Of a stretch of 64,000 bases of DNA, positions 14,221-27,361 are shown in pieces. The DNA comes from the human T2T-CHM13v2.0 reference genome, Homo sapiens. The translations under genes and the position numbers were made by a program. The stretch lies in NCBI RefSeq assembly GCF_009914755.1, contig NC_060933.1; one strand, given 5' to 3'. Below the pieces are notes generated by a model, which had not been told where the DNA came from, made no database searches, and saw only the letters and a program-made list of their open reading frames with translations. The first letter of the stretch is position 1. Each line of letters starts with the position of its first letter.

Positions 14221-15023
14221 TTCCCCTCAGTAGTGACACCAGAAGAGGCTTTGCTCTCTATGCTCACTCCTTCTTTTTGCCTCACATGCTGTCCCCAAAT
14301 CCAGCATAGAAAGCTCCTATGGCCTCCTCTTCCGTGCACTCTCCCCCAGCTGAGTGGACACTGTGAGGACACGTGGGGCTGGAAGGGGCAGCCCTGGAGG
14401 GGAGCATCCCCTCGAATGCTCGAGCTACAGCTGGCATCTTCCCTTATTTTACACATTCAGCACTCTTCTCTCTGCAGGTTTTGTTTATGCTGGTCATTCT
14501 GCTTAGTCCTTCGAAGTCCAGTTCATATCTTTCCTCCCTGAGAAAGTCTTCCCAGGCTTTCCCTTCTCTACTCTTCAGACAATGTTAATAACTTCTTTTT
14601 TCCAATCCCTTCCCTTTTCCATGTGTCTGTTGCCACTTTTGACAACTGTAAGGCATTGCTTGGTCTGTCTTAGGCACTGGAGTGAAAGCTCTTTGAGGTA
14701 AGGCCCTGGATTTAATGTCCAAGCACAATTCTAGCACTCAGCCAGAGCCCAGCTCTCAGGGAGTGCTCACTGACTGTGCATTGGTTTGATTGACTGGCTG
14801 GTTGGTCGGTTCATTGATTATAGAGATTTCCCAATGGAATGAATCTCTAAGCTGAACCAGTTCAGTTCGTTGTCTTATGTATGAAGACTTCTGAACACAG
14901 AGACAAGTAACTTGCCTGGAGGCTCACAGCTAGCAATAGCAGAGCTGGGTCTGGAGCCCCTAGGCCAACGTCTGCTTTAAGAACATTTACGCCTTCTCAT
15001 GTCTGAAACCTCTCACTTTCTAC

Positions 15024-15238
15024 CCATTTATCCCCTCTGCCTCAGGATGTCCTGGCTGGAGAGGCACGTGGCCAAAGTGGTCCTTTCTCCTATCACACTG
15101 AGCTCTCTGTGGTTCAGATTTGCTCTCCTGTGCCCAACAATCTGTGCCTCAGAATAGCCAATTGTCAAGGATCATATAGGGAGAGGCAGCTGGGGGGCAT
15201 ATCTCCCTGGGCCCTGATACGTTACACTTTCCAGAAAC
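15024..15238 (-). pseudogene. CATSPERG-like exon remnant 14
   Basis: Acceptor cttcactctAG. ICPPAASPYMILD ~ IGCPPGKRLAFD; AQCDRR/(fs)LATCLSSQDIL ~ FDCVNVNPEMPCFLFRDIF. Confidence 0.5.
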
Positions 15239-15360
15239 CTAGAGTGAAGCATGTGAAGTTGACAGTCCTGTTTTATTTCAGGAGGGAGAGGGACCATGCA
15301 CTCTACATGAATAACCAGAGGAGAAATGCTTATTCATCTTTTTCCAGAAAATTTACATTC

Positions 15361-15468
15361 CTTCTAACCCAAGACCCATTGCAAACATCTCCCTACAGAA
15401 ATGATGACCCTTGTGATTTATGGTCCAAAACTGACTCCCATCCAAAAGGATTATGAGACACTCTGGGC
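15361..15468 (-). pseudogene. CATSPERG-like exon remnant 13
   Basis: Acceptor ctcacttttcAG, phase 1. FWTINHKGHHFCREMFAMGLGLEG ~ [25 protein letters not shown]. Confidence 0.65.
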
Positions 15469-16788
15469 CTGAAAAGTGAGTTTGTGGGACACACAAACAC
15501 ATCCACATATGCGCATTTTCTCTCTGTCCCTCACCCTCTCTCTTGCTCTTTCTCTCCCTCTTTCAAACCTAGTAATGAGCTCCTGCATTAGGCTGCAGAC
15601 TTGCTGTGGCCCATGATGCCAGTGTGGCATTGGAATTCATCTCACTTGGAAAGACTATTACAGTGTTTTTTGGTGTTTTGAACAAGCATTCTGGGCTGTT
15701 CCCATAGAAAGGTATTACTTGGTGCTGCATATTAAAAAAAAATGCATGTTACAATTCTGTTCTCATTCTCCACTTCCATGTGGTCCCTTACCTCGTTCTC
15801 TCCTCCACCTATTGCCAGAATGATTATTCCAGGACACAAATCTTACTGTTTCTCTCCTTAACACCTTTTCATGACCCCAAAATCTACTGCTCACATGATG
15901 AAATTCGAGATATGCAGCACGTGGTTCGGGACTCCTGCCAACCTCACCAGGCTCAGCTCTTTCTGCTTCTCCCCAGGCAGCCTAGGCCAGTTGAGACTAG
16001 GAGTTGAGGTTCCTCAACTCTTCCCTGAGCATGCCTTCTTTTGTCGTTTACAGCATTGTCCTTTTGTGTATTCTGATCCCTCTCCCTAGAATAGCACTCT
16101 CAGTTTTCTTCACCTAGAGATCTATTTTAGGAATTGTGCTAAATCTTGCCCAAAAACTTACGAGGTTTGTGTGTGTGTATGTGTTTGTGTGTGCATGTGT
16201 GTTTTCACAGTGTTTTACCTTGTTTCCTACATTTCACATAAGAGTCCAGATTCTCAGCCTATCTTGAAAAAGCAGTAGATTAGTCAACTGTGCCTTTGTG
16301 CAAAGTAATTATCTATAGGGGCTGAGTAGCAATTGTCCATTTTAGAACAGAGCATGACACTTTAGTGCATTTCAGTCTCCACCTCACCTGCTTGAAGGCT
16401 TTTCACAGTGATTTCTGTTCTCTGTGGGCTTCACAACAAGCCCCATTGTTAACTCTTCTAAGAAGCCTCTTTACTCCCTACCAGGTAGAATATTCTCTCC
16501 TTCTGCTCTTATACCGCTGTGCATATATTGCAACCGCAACACTTTTTATATGGTATTGCACATGGATTTGTTCAAGGAGATTGTCTCTGAGATTATTGCT
16601 AAGGATATAAAAGTGAAGAAGACTTAATTCTTGCCCTCAAGAAAACTTTCACTCTAGGGAAGAAAATGACACATACACACAGAGATAATCAAGATATGAT
16701 ATGGGAAGTACATTAATAAAATATATTTAGAGCATTATGGGGAAACAGATGAGAATTCTTGAATGAGCCTGAGGTCTACAAATGCCTC

Positions 16789-17296
16789 TGTATTAGTCTT
16801 CTATTAGTGCTGCAACAAATTATCCCAAACTTAGTGGCTTAAAACAACACAGATTTATTATTTATAGTTCTATAGCTTAGGAGTGGAACATATACCTTAC
16901 CCAGGCAAAGACTGGTGTTGGTAGGGTGCATTCCTTTCTGAACATTCTAGGGTAGAACCATTTCCTTGCCTTTTCCTGCTTATAGAGGCTACCATACTCG
17001 ATGACTCATGGCCTCATTCCTTCATCTTCAAAGCCAGCAACATTGGGCCAAGTCCCACTCATACTGCCATCTTTCTGATTCTTTTGATTCTCTCTTCTGC
17101 TTTTAAGATCCTTTGTAATTACATAGGGTTTACTCAGATAATCTAGAACAATCTCTCCATCTCCAGATTAGCTGATTAGCAACCTTAATTCCATCTGCAA
17201 CTTTGATTTGTCTTTGCCATATGATATAACTTGTTTACAGGTCCTGGAGATTAGGAAATGAGCATTTTTTTGGGTGCCCTTATTTTGCCTACTATA
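16789..17296 (-). mobile_element. MLT1D-like LTR
   Basis: tgtattagtc...gctgattagcaaccttaattccatctgcaac...gcctactata. Confidence 0.8.
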
Positions 17297-17301
17297 TTTT
17301 C

Positions 17302-17724
17302 TGTATTGGTTAGGATAGGCTGTACTCTGCTGCAATAACAACCTCCAATCTCAGTACAAACAAAGCTTTGTTTCTTGAATATACAGAAGATTGCTGTGAT
17401 TCTAGATGACTCTCCAGGGCAGCTCTCTTTCTTGCAGTGACTCAGTGACCCTAATTGTTTCTGTCTTGTGATGTCATTTCAACATATGGATGCCAATTCA
17501 CCACAGTGACGGAAGTAAAAGCACAGAGACTTCACATCTGTGTTCAGTGCTTTCATTCTATTTCACCAGGAAGAGACTCAAGTATCTTCTGCTTGCCACC
17601 TCTTGGCTAGAGCTAATCACGTGAGCTCAATTGCAAGGGATGCTGGGAAATGTAGTCTTCTTATGTGCCTAGAAAGAGGAAAATACAATAGTTTTGATAA
17701 TCACATAGCATTGTTACTGTAACA
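17302..17724 (-). mobile_element. MLT1K/L-like LTR
   Basis: gcaagggatgctgggaaatgtagtct motif. Confidence 0.7.
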
Positions 17725-19570
17725 GCTCCTCAAATGAGATGATAACTGGACTGAAACTTAAAGGGTCATTGGGAAGAGGTGATGAGGAAGGCGAGGTAAT
17801 ATGAGAAAAGACATGGTATTATAAAATACCACAGTTTGTTCAGGAAACTGGAGTTAAGTGTCAAGCAGGTAGCATTGATGGGGGAGATGCGGGACATGGA
17901 AGAGAAGAGAGGATGGAAGGCCTTGACTAACATCTTAGAAGGGTGTTGCATGGTTAAATTTTCACTCCAGATAGATCCATAGAACATAAATCAATGAAAC
18001 CGGGACATTCTCCCTCTCTCAAAAAAATATATATTTTTCTCTCTTGAGAATATATACATATACACACACACACATATATATAGAGAGAGGAAATATATAT
18101 AGAAAACAGTTATATATATATAGAAAAAATATAGAGAAAAACATTTAACTATATACAAAATACATGTTTAGAGGGAAATATATATGGAAAATATTTGATA
18201 CATAGAAAATATTTAGAAAGAAATATAGAGAAAGATAACATATATGTATATATGTATGTATGTGCGTATATATATTTTTTCTGGTACTGAAAAAATGCCT
18301 ATCACATAATGTGTGTTCAAAATATATCTAGATGCTTGAATCACTCTAGATGTTGTGTGAATGATGGAGTTGAAGTGAACAGAGGATAGAGGCTCCAGTT
18401 TCATTTAGAAGGTTGTCATATTGATTTAGGCAAAAATGATGAGGTTTCAAGTCATGATGGGGACAGATATAATGTGGAAAAGAGGACCAATTATAGACAC
18501 ATTTAAGAGGAAAAAATATGGAAAACTTGATAATTGATTGTATGTGGCAGTAGACCAGGCACTGAGGGGAAAAAGGATATTAAGAACGACTCCCAAGGGT
18601 CTGGCTTGGGAAAGTGGGTGGGTGGATTGTGCTCATGGAGAGTGAGATCACAGGAGGAGGAACAGATCTTGGACAATCATGAGGAGTTTAATATGAAACA
18701 TATGGAAGTTGAGGCATTTTGAGGGGCACCTGGAGCACATGAAAAAGTTTGTGAAGGAGATAAACGTCTATAGGCTGGGCTTGTAATCCCAGCACTTTGG
18801 GAGGCTGAGACGGGTGGATCACTTCAGGTCAGGAGTTCAAGACCAGCCTGGCCAATGTGGTGAAGCCGCCCCCCCCCCCCCCCCCGTATTAAAAATACAA
18901 AAATTAGCCAGACATGGTGGCACACACCTGTATTCCCAGCTACTCGGGAGGCTGAGGCAGGAGACTCGCTTGAGCCTGGAAGCAGATGTTGCTGTGAGCT
19001 GAGATCGCACCACTGCACTCTAGCCTGGGTGACAGAGTGAGAATCTGTCTCAGGAAAAAAAAACAAAAACCCAAACCAAACGAAACTAAGAAACATCTAC
19101 AGGGCCGCCGCAGACGGGTGGTAAGCGAAACTTCTAGACGGCATGGTAGCTCTATGAGACTGGGTAGAAACAAGAGTGAGCAGGACAAGGCACACAACCT
19201 AAGAAACTCTGGCATTTAAGGGGTCATCACAGAAAAAAGAGATTAAAAATAAGTGAAGAAGGAATAAGAACCAAGAGTGAATTCCAGAGAGAGCTCGTGG
19301 GATGGAAGCTAATGACAGTAAGAAACTCAGGAAGGTTGATTAGCAGCGTCTATGCTGCAGAAAGGCCCAGAAGATACCAATGGAAAGGGCCAACTGAATT
19401 AGCCAATTAGGAAGTTTACCAGTGAACTTGGAGAGCACCGGGCTGGTAGAGTTATGTCTGAAATTAGATTAACATGGGCTAAACAGTGAGTGGGAAGTAA
19501 GAAAATGAAGATAACATTAGCAAGAAGTATGGCAGAGGGATGGAGAAAGGGATAACAGGAGATTTAGTGG
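17725..19570 (-). mobile_element. Fragmented L2 LINE interrupted by an AT-rich tract and an Alu
   Basis: L2-type purine-rich remnants. Confidence 0.55.
18773..19090 (+). mobile_element. AluS with 5' deletion and C17 tract
   Basis: Degenerate TSD AAACGTCTATA / AAACATCTACA. Confidence 0.93.
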
Positions 19571-19635
19571 CAAAAAGAGGTATAGGAGATTTGCAATACA
19601 CATCTAAATATTTAAAGAAATAACCAGGAACCAAC

Positions 19636-19839
19636 CATAAGCTCTTTTGCCTTTGAAGTTGGAGGTGGTATCCATAAATTGGATTTTGACACCAAACGTT
19701 CGGTTGATCACATTAGAGAGTTTAAGCTGTGCTGCTTCCACTTGTACCCCCGAGGGCAAGACCTTCCACTTAGATACTTGGGCAGGCAAAGATACTCCTT
19801 TCCTCAGTGGCCTCAGCATCCTTACTGCTCAGGATGCAG
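19636..19839 (-). pseudogene. CATSPERG-like exon remnant 12
   Basis: KVLPSGVQVEAAQLKLSNVINRTFGVKIQFMD ~ [32 protein letters not shown]; one TGA near the start. Confidence 0.62.
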
Positions 19840-20610
19840 CTGATTCCAACAACCAAAAGGTGCATATGAGAGGGACCCAGCGAGAAACTGGCCTTACTAA
19901 TTAGTCAAGCTCCTGTTGGGAAGTGTGAGACCTTTAACTGGAAGTTGGAGAGCAATGATACCCTCAGCATTGTACTGAAGATGCAGAGTCACCAAATTCT
20001 CCTGAGCCTGCAAAGGCTTAAATTAAGATAATAATTTCTACCTCATCAACCTATTGACAGTATGAAATACACTAATATATTTAAAGGGCTTAGCAAGAGG
20101 CCCAGCATATAAAAAGTGCTCAGTAAACAGTAGTTCCTTTCTGTGACTAAGTTGCTTCATTATCTTCTCCCTGATGTCAGTTTCTGGGTGCCGCTGATAA
20201 ACCTTGATGTCTGTAATGTGATTGACTATATGGCACCTCTAGAGGAGAGAGGTGAGATGCAGCATGGCACTAGAGAGACAAGATGTCAGGCACTTAGGCT
20301 CTTAATGCTGGCTCTGACTGTTAGAAATAACTTTAAACACTCTCTCATTCCTGCCACATCATCCACCCCTTGGATCCCAGCTACTATCTCATGGTTGTGT
20401 CTTTGGACAGGTCTCTTCACCTCTCTGCTCTTCACCTTCCTAGAAAATGAGATAATTGTGAAATAAGTGAAAGTACTTTGAAAAGTATAAAGCACTGTCC
20501 AAATATAATATTTTAATTACAGTTAAGGTGATTGCTTATTTAATTCATAGAGAAGATTATTCTTGCCTCAACTAAATGATTTAGGGACAAATATTTTTAA
20601 CTTGAATCAC

Positions 20611-20788
20611 GCAGATGATTGCTTAGGCTCTCCAACTCCCATTGGTTGTGTTGACACAGCTTTTGGAATTTGAAAAGGAGTTCCTCCATGAACATGAAAT
20701 TGGAAACTTCTTTTTCTTGGACGTGGCTTTTTGCAGTATCTTTGAATAATTCTTCAGATTCTTCAGACTGGATGGAGATGGATTCTTC
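20611..20788 (-). pseudogene. Exon remnant 11 (acidic, paralog-specific, open frame)
   Basis: AG|EESISIQSEESEELFKDTAKSHVQEKEVSNFMFMEELLFKFQKLCQHNQWELESLSNHL; 178 nt with no stop, phase 1 matching the next exon. No clear CATSPERG counterpart. Confidence 0.5.
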
Positions 20789-21669
20789 CTATGACCAAAG
20801 TTCTCAACTGGTCAAAGGCAAAACCCACCTCCAGTTTCTTGGAAGTATCTCTTGTTAAGCCAGCCCTACTCCTCTTTATCTGAAAGAGAGAGTAAATGTA
20901 GGCATACGATGCCTTTAAACACATAGGGCAGTGCCTGCCTTTATTTACTAGCTAGAAAAGAATTATCTGCTGGGCAGTGTGACAAAATTACATTGTGATT
21001 TCTGGTTCTCCAAAGCGGAAGAGGGAATACAATTCCTTCCCAAGAACTCTTCGGTTTGGCAGTTGGGGTTGTTTGAGCTGTGATAAAGGCTAATATTTAT
21101 TCAGCCACCTTCCCAAATCCAACCTGCTACTTGGAATCTGCTCAGTGGTGATCAAGCGTTAGTTATCTCAGTGCCCTGTTTGTTCTCACAGCCAAGAACC
21201 CAGGCTGGTATCAAATGCCAATATATCGTGTCTCAAGGACTGGCTTACTGAATCATGTGGCAGGGCCTGGAGGGGGATTTCCAGTTTAATTTATTCTAGT
21301 GTGTAGAAAGATAATGCACAAAATAATGAAATGTGAGAGTTAGTTGGGGATTCAAAACCCAGCGAAAGATCCTGAAGCATTATAGAGAAATGATCAGCCT
21401 CCCAGATAGGATAAGTGACTTTCCTGGGTCACTTAGCTGGTTAGTTGCAGAGTCATAGCCAGAGTTGCCATGGCTAGGGTTACCATTTATTGAGTAACAG
21501 CTATGTCCTAGGCATTGGGCAATTGGCATACATTATCTTGGTTCTCACAATCCAATTCATTGGTGAATCCTGTTACTCATGGATGTAGAAAACAAGATTG
21601 GTAGCAAAGAAATAACTTTTCTAAAGTCATACATGTAGGAAATGTGAAAAATTCTCATATGTGCTCTGT

Positions 21670-22760
21670 ATCTATTAGAATGCCATGCATTGTAAATAAA
21701 AGAAGATTCATCTTTAAATGGCTTAGTTTATAAAGGAAATATATATATTGTCCCAGTAGGGCTGGCTTAAGGTTTGATTTGGTGGCTCAAGTGATTAGAC
21801 TGAAACAAAGCTTCTCTCACTTCCTTCTCAGCCTCTCTTCGTTAACACTGGCCCTCTTCAAAGACTTAAAATTACGGTTGCAAGGATGCTGCCAACAACT
21901 AGTGGGGCTGCAGACTCAGGTTCAAACTGAGTAGATATTAGAAACTCTGCCTTGCATACAGCTGAATGATGAGGCTCCATTGGCCTCAGTTGCTTCTTGC
22001 ACCAATTGCTGGGTCAATCACTGGGACCAGGGGGATGGACTATGTTGATTCATTTAAGTCAATCAGGGCACACTGCAGGGAATTGCAATGGGATTCAGGA
22101 CTGAATCCATCTACACTCACACAGCTTATTATCCACATTAACCTGACTTTACTATTTGACTGTCTTCACTAACATAACTTTGCTATTCCACTGTCTTCAT
22201 CAATGTAGCATTACTCCTCCAGGGAACCCTTCCCCAGGAAGATAAAAGTTGCAGATTACTTATTGTTCATTTCAGGAACTTTCTCCCCTGTATCCACCGA
22301 AGAAACAAAACAAATAAACAAAAATAATTTATATAAACACCACACTTGAAATTTTTAATAAATAGCATCAAATGACTGTTTACTCTCTAAGACTTTTTGA
22401 ATCATAGCTTGAAGCCTTTGATTGTCTACCAATCCTGAAGTATTATATTGTGATACTTATCCAATCCTAATTAGGCCTCTCCCATTGAAAGTTCATCTTA
22501 GGTCAGACTCCAAAATCTTATAAATATCTGAACTTTGTCCTGTGATGCTACTAAGACTTTATTATGGTAGTGTTTCCCCTTGTTTTGATAAGAATATACT
22601 CAGCTTTGTCTTATCAACTGGCTATTTTGATGATATTTTCATGGAGTCTGCATTCAGCATTAATTCTACTCAAAATACCTTACTATGGAAGTCAATGTAG
22701 AGTTAGGAAGAGGGGAAGGAGCATGGGATGACGAGGACAACCACCAAATGTCCACACGTG
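21670..22760. mobile_element. Old MLT1 LTR with nested ERV1-type (MER110/MER89-like) LTR at ~22125-22660
   Basis: Recalled motif similarity; nested arrangement inferred. Confidence 0.45.
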
Positions 22761-23829
22761 CTGTGTGAATGGGGCTCCAGCCTTTACTGCTTACTTGAGA
22801 AATCGGGCATTTAAATGACATCATTTATTTGGCATTTCTTTGGTGGGAGGGAATGCATGGGAAGTCAGATGAGCCCCAGGGCCACGGAGAGCAACACGGA
22901 ATCAACTGGGAAGATATAAATGCATGGTCTTCTTCTCCTAGATTGCCTTTCGAAGCTTTGGGCTTTGAAACAATGTTTTGAGCACTAGGCAGAGTCTGGG
23001 CTTATCCATGGCAATTCTGGCCCAGTGGGAAGAGCACTGAGCTTGCAGTCAGAGACCCTGGATTTTAGTTCCAGTCCCCTTCACTTACCACTTATGTGGC
23101 CCAGGGTGGTCACAGTACACTCTTCTTCTGAGCCTTATCTGTACATTAAGGATGGTAAAACCTATTTTATCTTATTTTGGAGGTTTAATGTAGATAGTAA
23201 ATATGAAAGGAAAATTTAAAATGCATAAATGGCACACACACGTGAGAAATGATTAATTTTGTCAGCCATCCACAAATTCCTACTCAGTTGCTATTGTGAC
23301 TAATCTGCTTAAACTCTGGCAGGATTTAAAGTGTAAACCACTGGGAAAGAGAAAAGCTAATTGACCCAGCCCAGGTCTATGACCTTGACCACAATGGCAT
23401 GGTTCTCTTGACACTACACAATTTTCCTATTTGTAGATAGTCTAATTCTCCCGCTTTAATTTCCAGGTTGGTCAGTCAAAACAGTACAGTATTTAAAGCC
23501 AGAGAGACAAGGTCTAAGGTTTCAGGGACACTTACTGTATGTCTGGGTTGGGACAAGTTACTTAGACTGTCAGAGCCTTGGTTTACTTATATATATATAA
23601 AAAAAAAACTGCAGGCAACTCACATAGCTGTTGTAAGGATTGAATGTGAGTAGACTCTCAATATATGTGACTGCATTTGAATATGATATTTAGGTCATGT
23701 TCTGTGTGATGCTTTTGTGCCAAAATCACACTTTATATTAGGTCACCTTAGCATACGCGTGACCCCAGAGAAAGGAAACACATGAGGGAGTGCATCCATG
23801 TCACTGCATAGCTAATTGAGTGTGGCAAT

Positions 23830-24305
23830 AAGAACTTTGGCAATTCTGAGGATGAAACATCTGGTGACTGTTGCAGGGATAATTACTGTCCTTTATAATT
23901 GCAGGTATTCCTAGACATAATATTTCCTAGCATTCTTGAATTCACACAAAGTAGCAATGGTTGGAATACCTTTTGGACGTTTATATTTCATGGTATACTT
24001 TTATGGTACACATAATAGTCTTTTTTGGTCTTACAATGATATGTATATCTTTCTCCTACACAAGAACTCTGGTAACTTCCCCCTTCTTTTAGGATTGTAA
24101 GCCTTAGTTTCCCTTAACAGGCTACACAGGGATGCACTTGAATGGTGCTGAATGTTGGAAACTGTGGTTCTGTCTGTATGGCTGCTGGTGTATGTGGGTT
24201 ATTTAATTAACATGGTAGATTAGATTTTGTGGTAGAACAAAGTAAAGATTGTATTCAACATGAGAACTGGTGAATCATATGAACAATTTCACTTTACTGG
24301 GGGCC
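23830..24305 (-). pseudogene. CATSPERG-like exon remnants 9/10
   Basis: APSKVKLFI*F...QNLIYHVN*ITHIHQQPY ~ RPPRVLERSGF...QGLVYYLLWLHSVYDKPY; KTKKDYYVY ~ KQDQDYYFF; RKYYV*EYLQL*RTVII ~ EKIYNLESAYELPERIFL. Confidence 0.68.
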
Positions 24306-24626
24306 CTGTGTCTGCCCTTTAAAGGGAATGACAGAGGATCAGGAACATGGAGCTTTGGGAATCTCTAGTCATCATGGATCAGTTCAAAATGGGCTGTGTG
24401 TGGTGAAAGAAATTCTGGTAGTCACAGCTGGTCAAGGGGCAGGATGGGGTGGCCCAAGGGCAAAGATAAAGATGAAGAAATGAATACAGCATAGCACTGA
24501 GAGAAACAGGGGAAAATAGAAGAAAGAATAAGAAAGATGGAGAGTAGTGAATGATGTTGAGAGAATTTTGTTTTTATTTGTTTGATTCTTCCAAATCCTT
24601 GAATTGGTTCCTTTGTAAAAACATAC

Positions 24627-24739
24627 AAACAAACTGAGAATACAGGTCCATATAAATTCTTAAGGATTTTAGAGGTCAAAGCTGTTACTGAATACAACTC
24701 CATGTAGAAATTGGTCCATGTAAGTTCATATGTAATTTT
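24627..24739 (-). pseudogene. CATSPERG-like exon remnant 8
   Basis: ccAG|KITYELTWTNFYMELYSVTAL... ~ GYLMLSFIDFCPFSVMRL; donor GTATGT, phase 2. Confidence 0.55.
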
Positions 24740-24776
24740 CTGGTTACAAGAGAGTTAAGAATTGACTATCTAGTTT

Positions 24777-24780
<4 letters not shown>

Positions 24781-24828
<48 letters not shown>
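24781..24828. repeat. (TG)24 microsatellite
   Basis: Direct reading. Confidence 0.97.
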
Positions 24829-24831
<3 letters not shown>

Positions 24832-25239
24832 TTTGAGACCAGACTGACAGACTTACTAATGCCCATTAAATAAATTATTGAACCACCAAACAGATTTGTT
24901 AGGCATGGGGAATGAATAAAGAGAGTCTCAGAAGACAAGTCTCAATACTAAAATGGCATTCTCCTTTATGAAATACTGAAGTCTGAGTGGGCCCTTTTTT
25001 TGTTTGTTTCTTTTTTTATTTTCAGAAAATCATTCACAACTATCTTTCTCTTCTTTTTTTTTTTTTTTTTTTTAACATTTTTGGACATATGTGAATCTCT
25101 ATGTCATAAGAGGTATGACTCTCTGAAACCATTCCAAAACTTGAATAATAATCATAGCTACAATTTCTTGACCATCTTCAGGTGCCAATTAAAGGCTAGA
25201 TACTTTATATCCATTATCTCTAATCTTTACAACTCCCTC

Positions 25240-26100
25240 ACTCTATGATCTGTATCCCCTAACCCCTCTTTCATAATTTTTTACTTTTTGTCTTTGTGGA
25301 ATGCATTGTGAGTGATTTCCCAGGTCCATTTTCCAGTTCACTAATTCTCTCTTCTGCTCTCTTAAATCTAATGTTTAATGCATACATTGAGTATCTAATT
25401 TTAATGACTGTATTTTTTATTTCTAGAAGTTCTATTCGGTTCGTTTATAACTATCTAGCCAAATTTGTAGTCTCTTATCATTTTATTATACTTTTAATAG
25501 TCTCTTTTTTCTGAAAAAATATACAATACAAAATTAAATTATATGTTACATGTAATTCAATACATAATATGTGTAATCTATATTACAGTCATTTGTTATT
25601 ATATTTTTTACTTCTAGAAGTTCTGCTTTGTTCTTTAAAAAATTGTCTTAATATCACATGTACACATTTTCAAGCCTGTTTTTAATTGAAATAATTAAAT
25701 AACATTTATTTTATATATTCTGTCTTCTAGTACTTGAAGTCTGATTCTGCTGTCTCCTGTTACTGAAGACTCTCATTCATGGTGCCTGGATTGCTTAAAC
25801 ATTTAGTGAGTTTTTACTGTGATTTGCTCATTTACTTTGGAACTTTATCTGTGTAAATTCTTTAAGATTTGGAACAATATGAGTTCTTGAAGAAAGGATT
25901 TGTATTTGCTTTTGTCAGGTGTCTGATGGCACTACTGGCTTTAAAATAAATTTTAAAATAGGTGCTTAAAAATAAACTTTTACTTGTGGTTATTGAGACC
26001 ACCAAGTAAGTATGAATTTAGGCCAAACAGCCATGAATGGGTGGTTTGTGATTGTTGATTCCTTTCTTCCCCGCTAACTTCCCAAATTTGTTAAGATTGT
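25240..26100 (-). mobile_element. Old L1 (L1ME/HAL1-like) 5'/ORF1 remnant
   Basis: ttccagttcactaattctctcttctgct...atttctagaagttctatt. Confidence 0.6.
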
Positions 26101-26445
26101 AAATTCTTATGGCAGATTGCCCCCACTTCACTCTGTACCAGTGTGTGAGAGATGCAGTTTTCCATGTAGTTCTTTCTGAGGCAAGGGACGTAAAGTTGAC
26201 TTCCAGCTTATCTTTACAATGAGGGTGTAGACTCAGAGGGCCCAGCTTTATGGATTCCTATTAGACTCCTCAGAACTGTAGGCTTCTGTCACTCACACAC
26301 CACAAGGCAGCAAGATGATGGTCATATTCATCAGGCTTGGCAAATGCTACGGATGTGGGAGCCAGCCCCAGGGCTCCATCAGCCTCCAGGAGTTTCCACC
26401 TTTATTCAATCCCTTATAAGAATATTCTATCATTTCTCAACAGCT

Positions 26446-26539
26446 CATATTAGAAGTCCTAGCCAGAGCAATTAGGCAAGAAAAAGAAAAGAAACAAAGG
26501 ACATCCAAAGTGTAAAAGAAGAAGTAAAATTATCTTTGT
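26446..26539 (+). mobile_element. L1 ORF2 (RT region) fragment
   Basis: Encodes LEVLARAIRQEKE..., then EEVKLSL. Confidence 0.8.
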
Positions 26540-26580
26540 CCTAAACAACAAAGAGAAAGGAGCCTGAAAAAAAAATCACT

Positions 26581-26900
<320 letters not shown>

Positions 26901-26954
26901 AAATCACCCAAAACCCAGAGAACTGTAGGATTATAACAACAAAAATGAAGGAAA

Positions 26955-27361
26955 TACAAATACATCCAGCAATGTAGGTGAATCTCCAGAGAATCACGCT
27001 GAGTGGAAAAGACAACCCCTAAAGTTTACATGCTGTTTATTCTATTTATTTAACATTCTTGAAATGACAAAATTGTGGAAAGGGAGAGCAGATTAGTAGT
27101 TGGCAGAGCATGGGGGTTGGGGGCAAGAAGGAAATGGGTATGGCTACAAAAGGGCATCATGAAGGATCCTTGTCATGTTGGAAATGTTCTGTATCTTGAC
27201 TGTATCAATGTCAATATCCTAGTTGTGATACTGTACTATAGTTTTGCAAGATGTTACCATTGGGAGGAACTCCTGAAAAGGTACATTGGATGTACCTGTA
27301 TTATTTCTCACAATTACATGTGAATCTACAATTATCTCAAAAAAAGTTGAATTAAAAAAAA
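26955..27361 (+). mobile_element. L1MC-type 3' end
   Basis: gtatcttgactgtatcaatgtcaatatcc...gtgaatctacaattatctcaaaa. Confidence 0.8.

Noticed and set aside
19629-19843. Open + strand frame EPTISSFAFEVGGGIHKLDFDTKRSVDHIREF, superficially like the VVGGG motif of CATSPERG
   Set aside because: It is the in-register antisense of exon remnant 12; the strand and order are wrong relative to the other exons.
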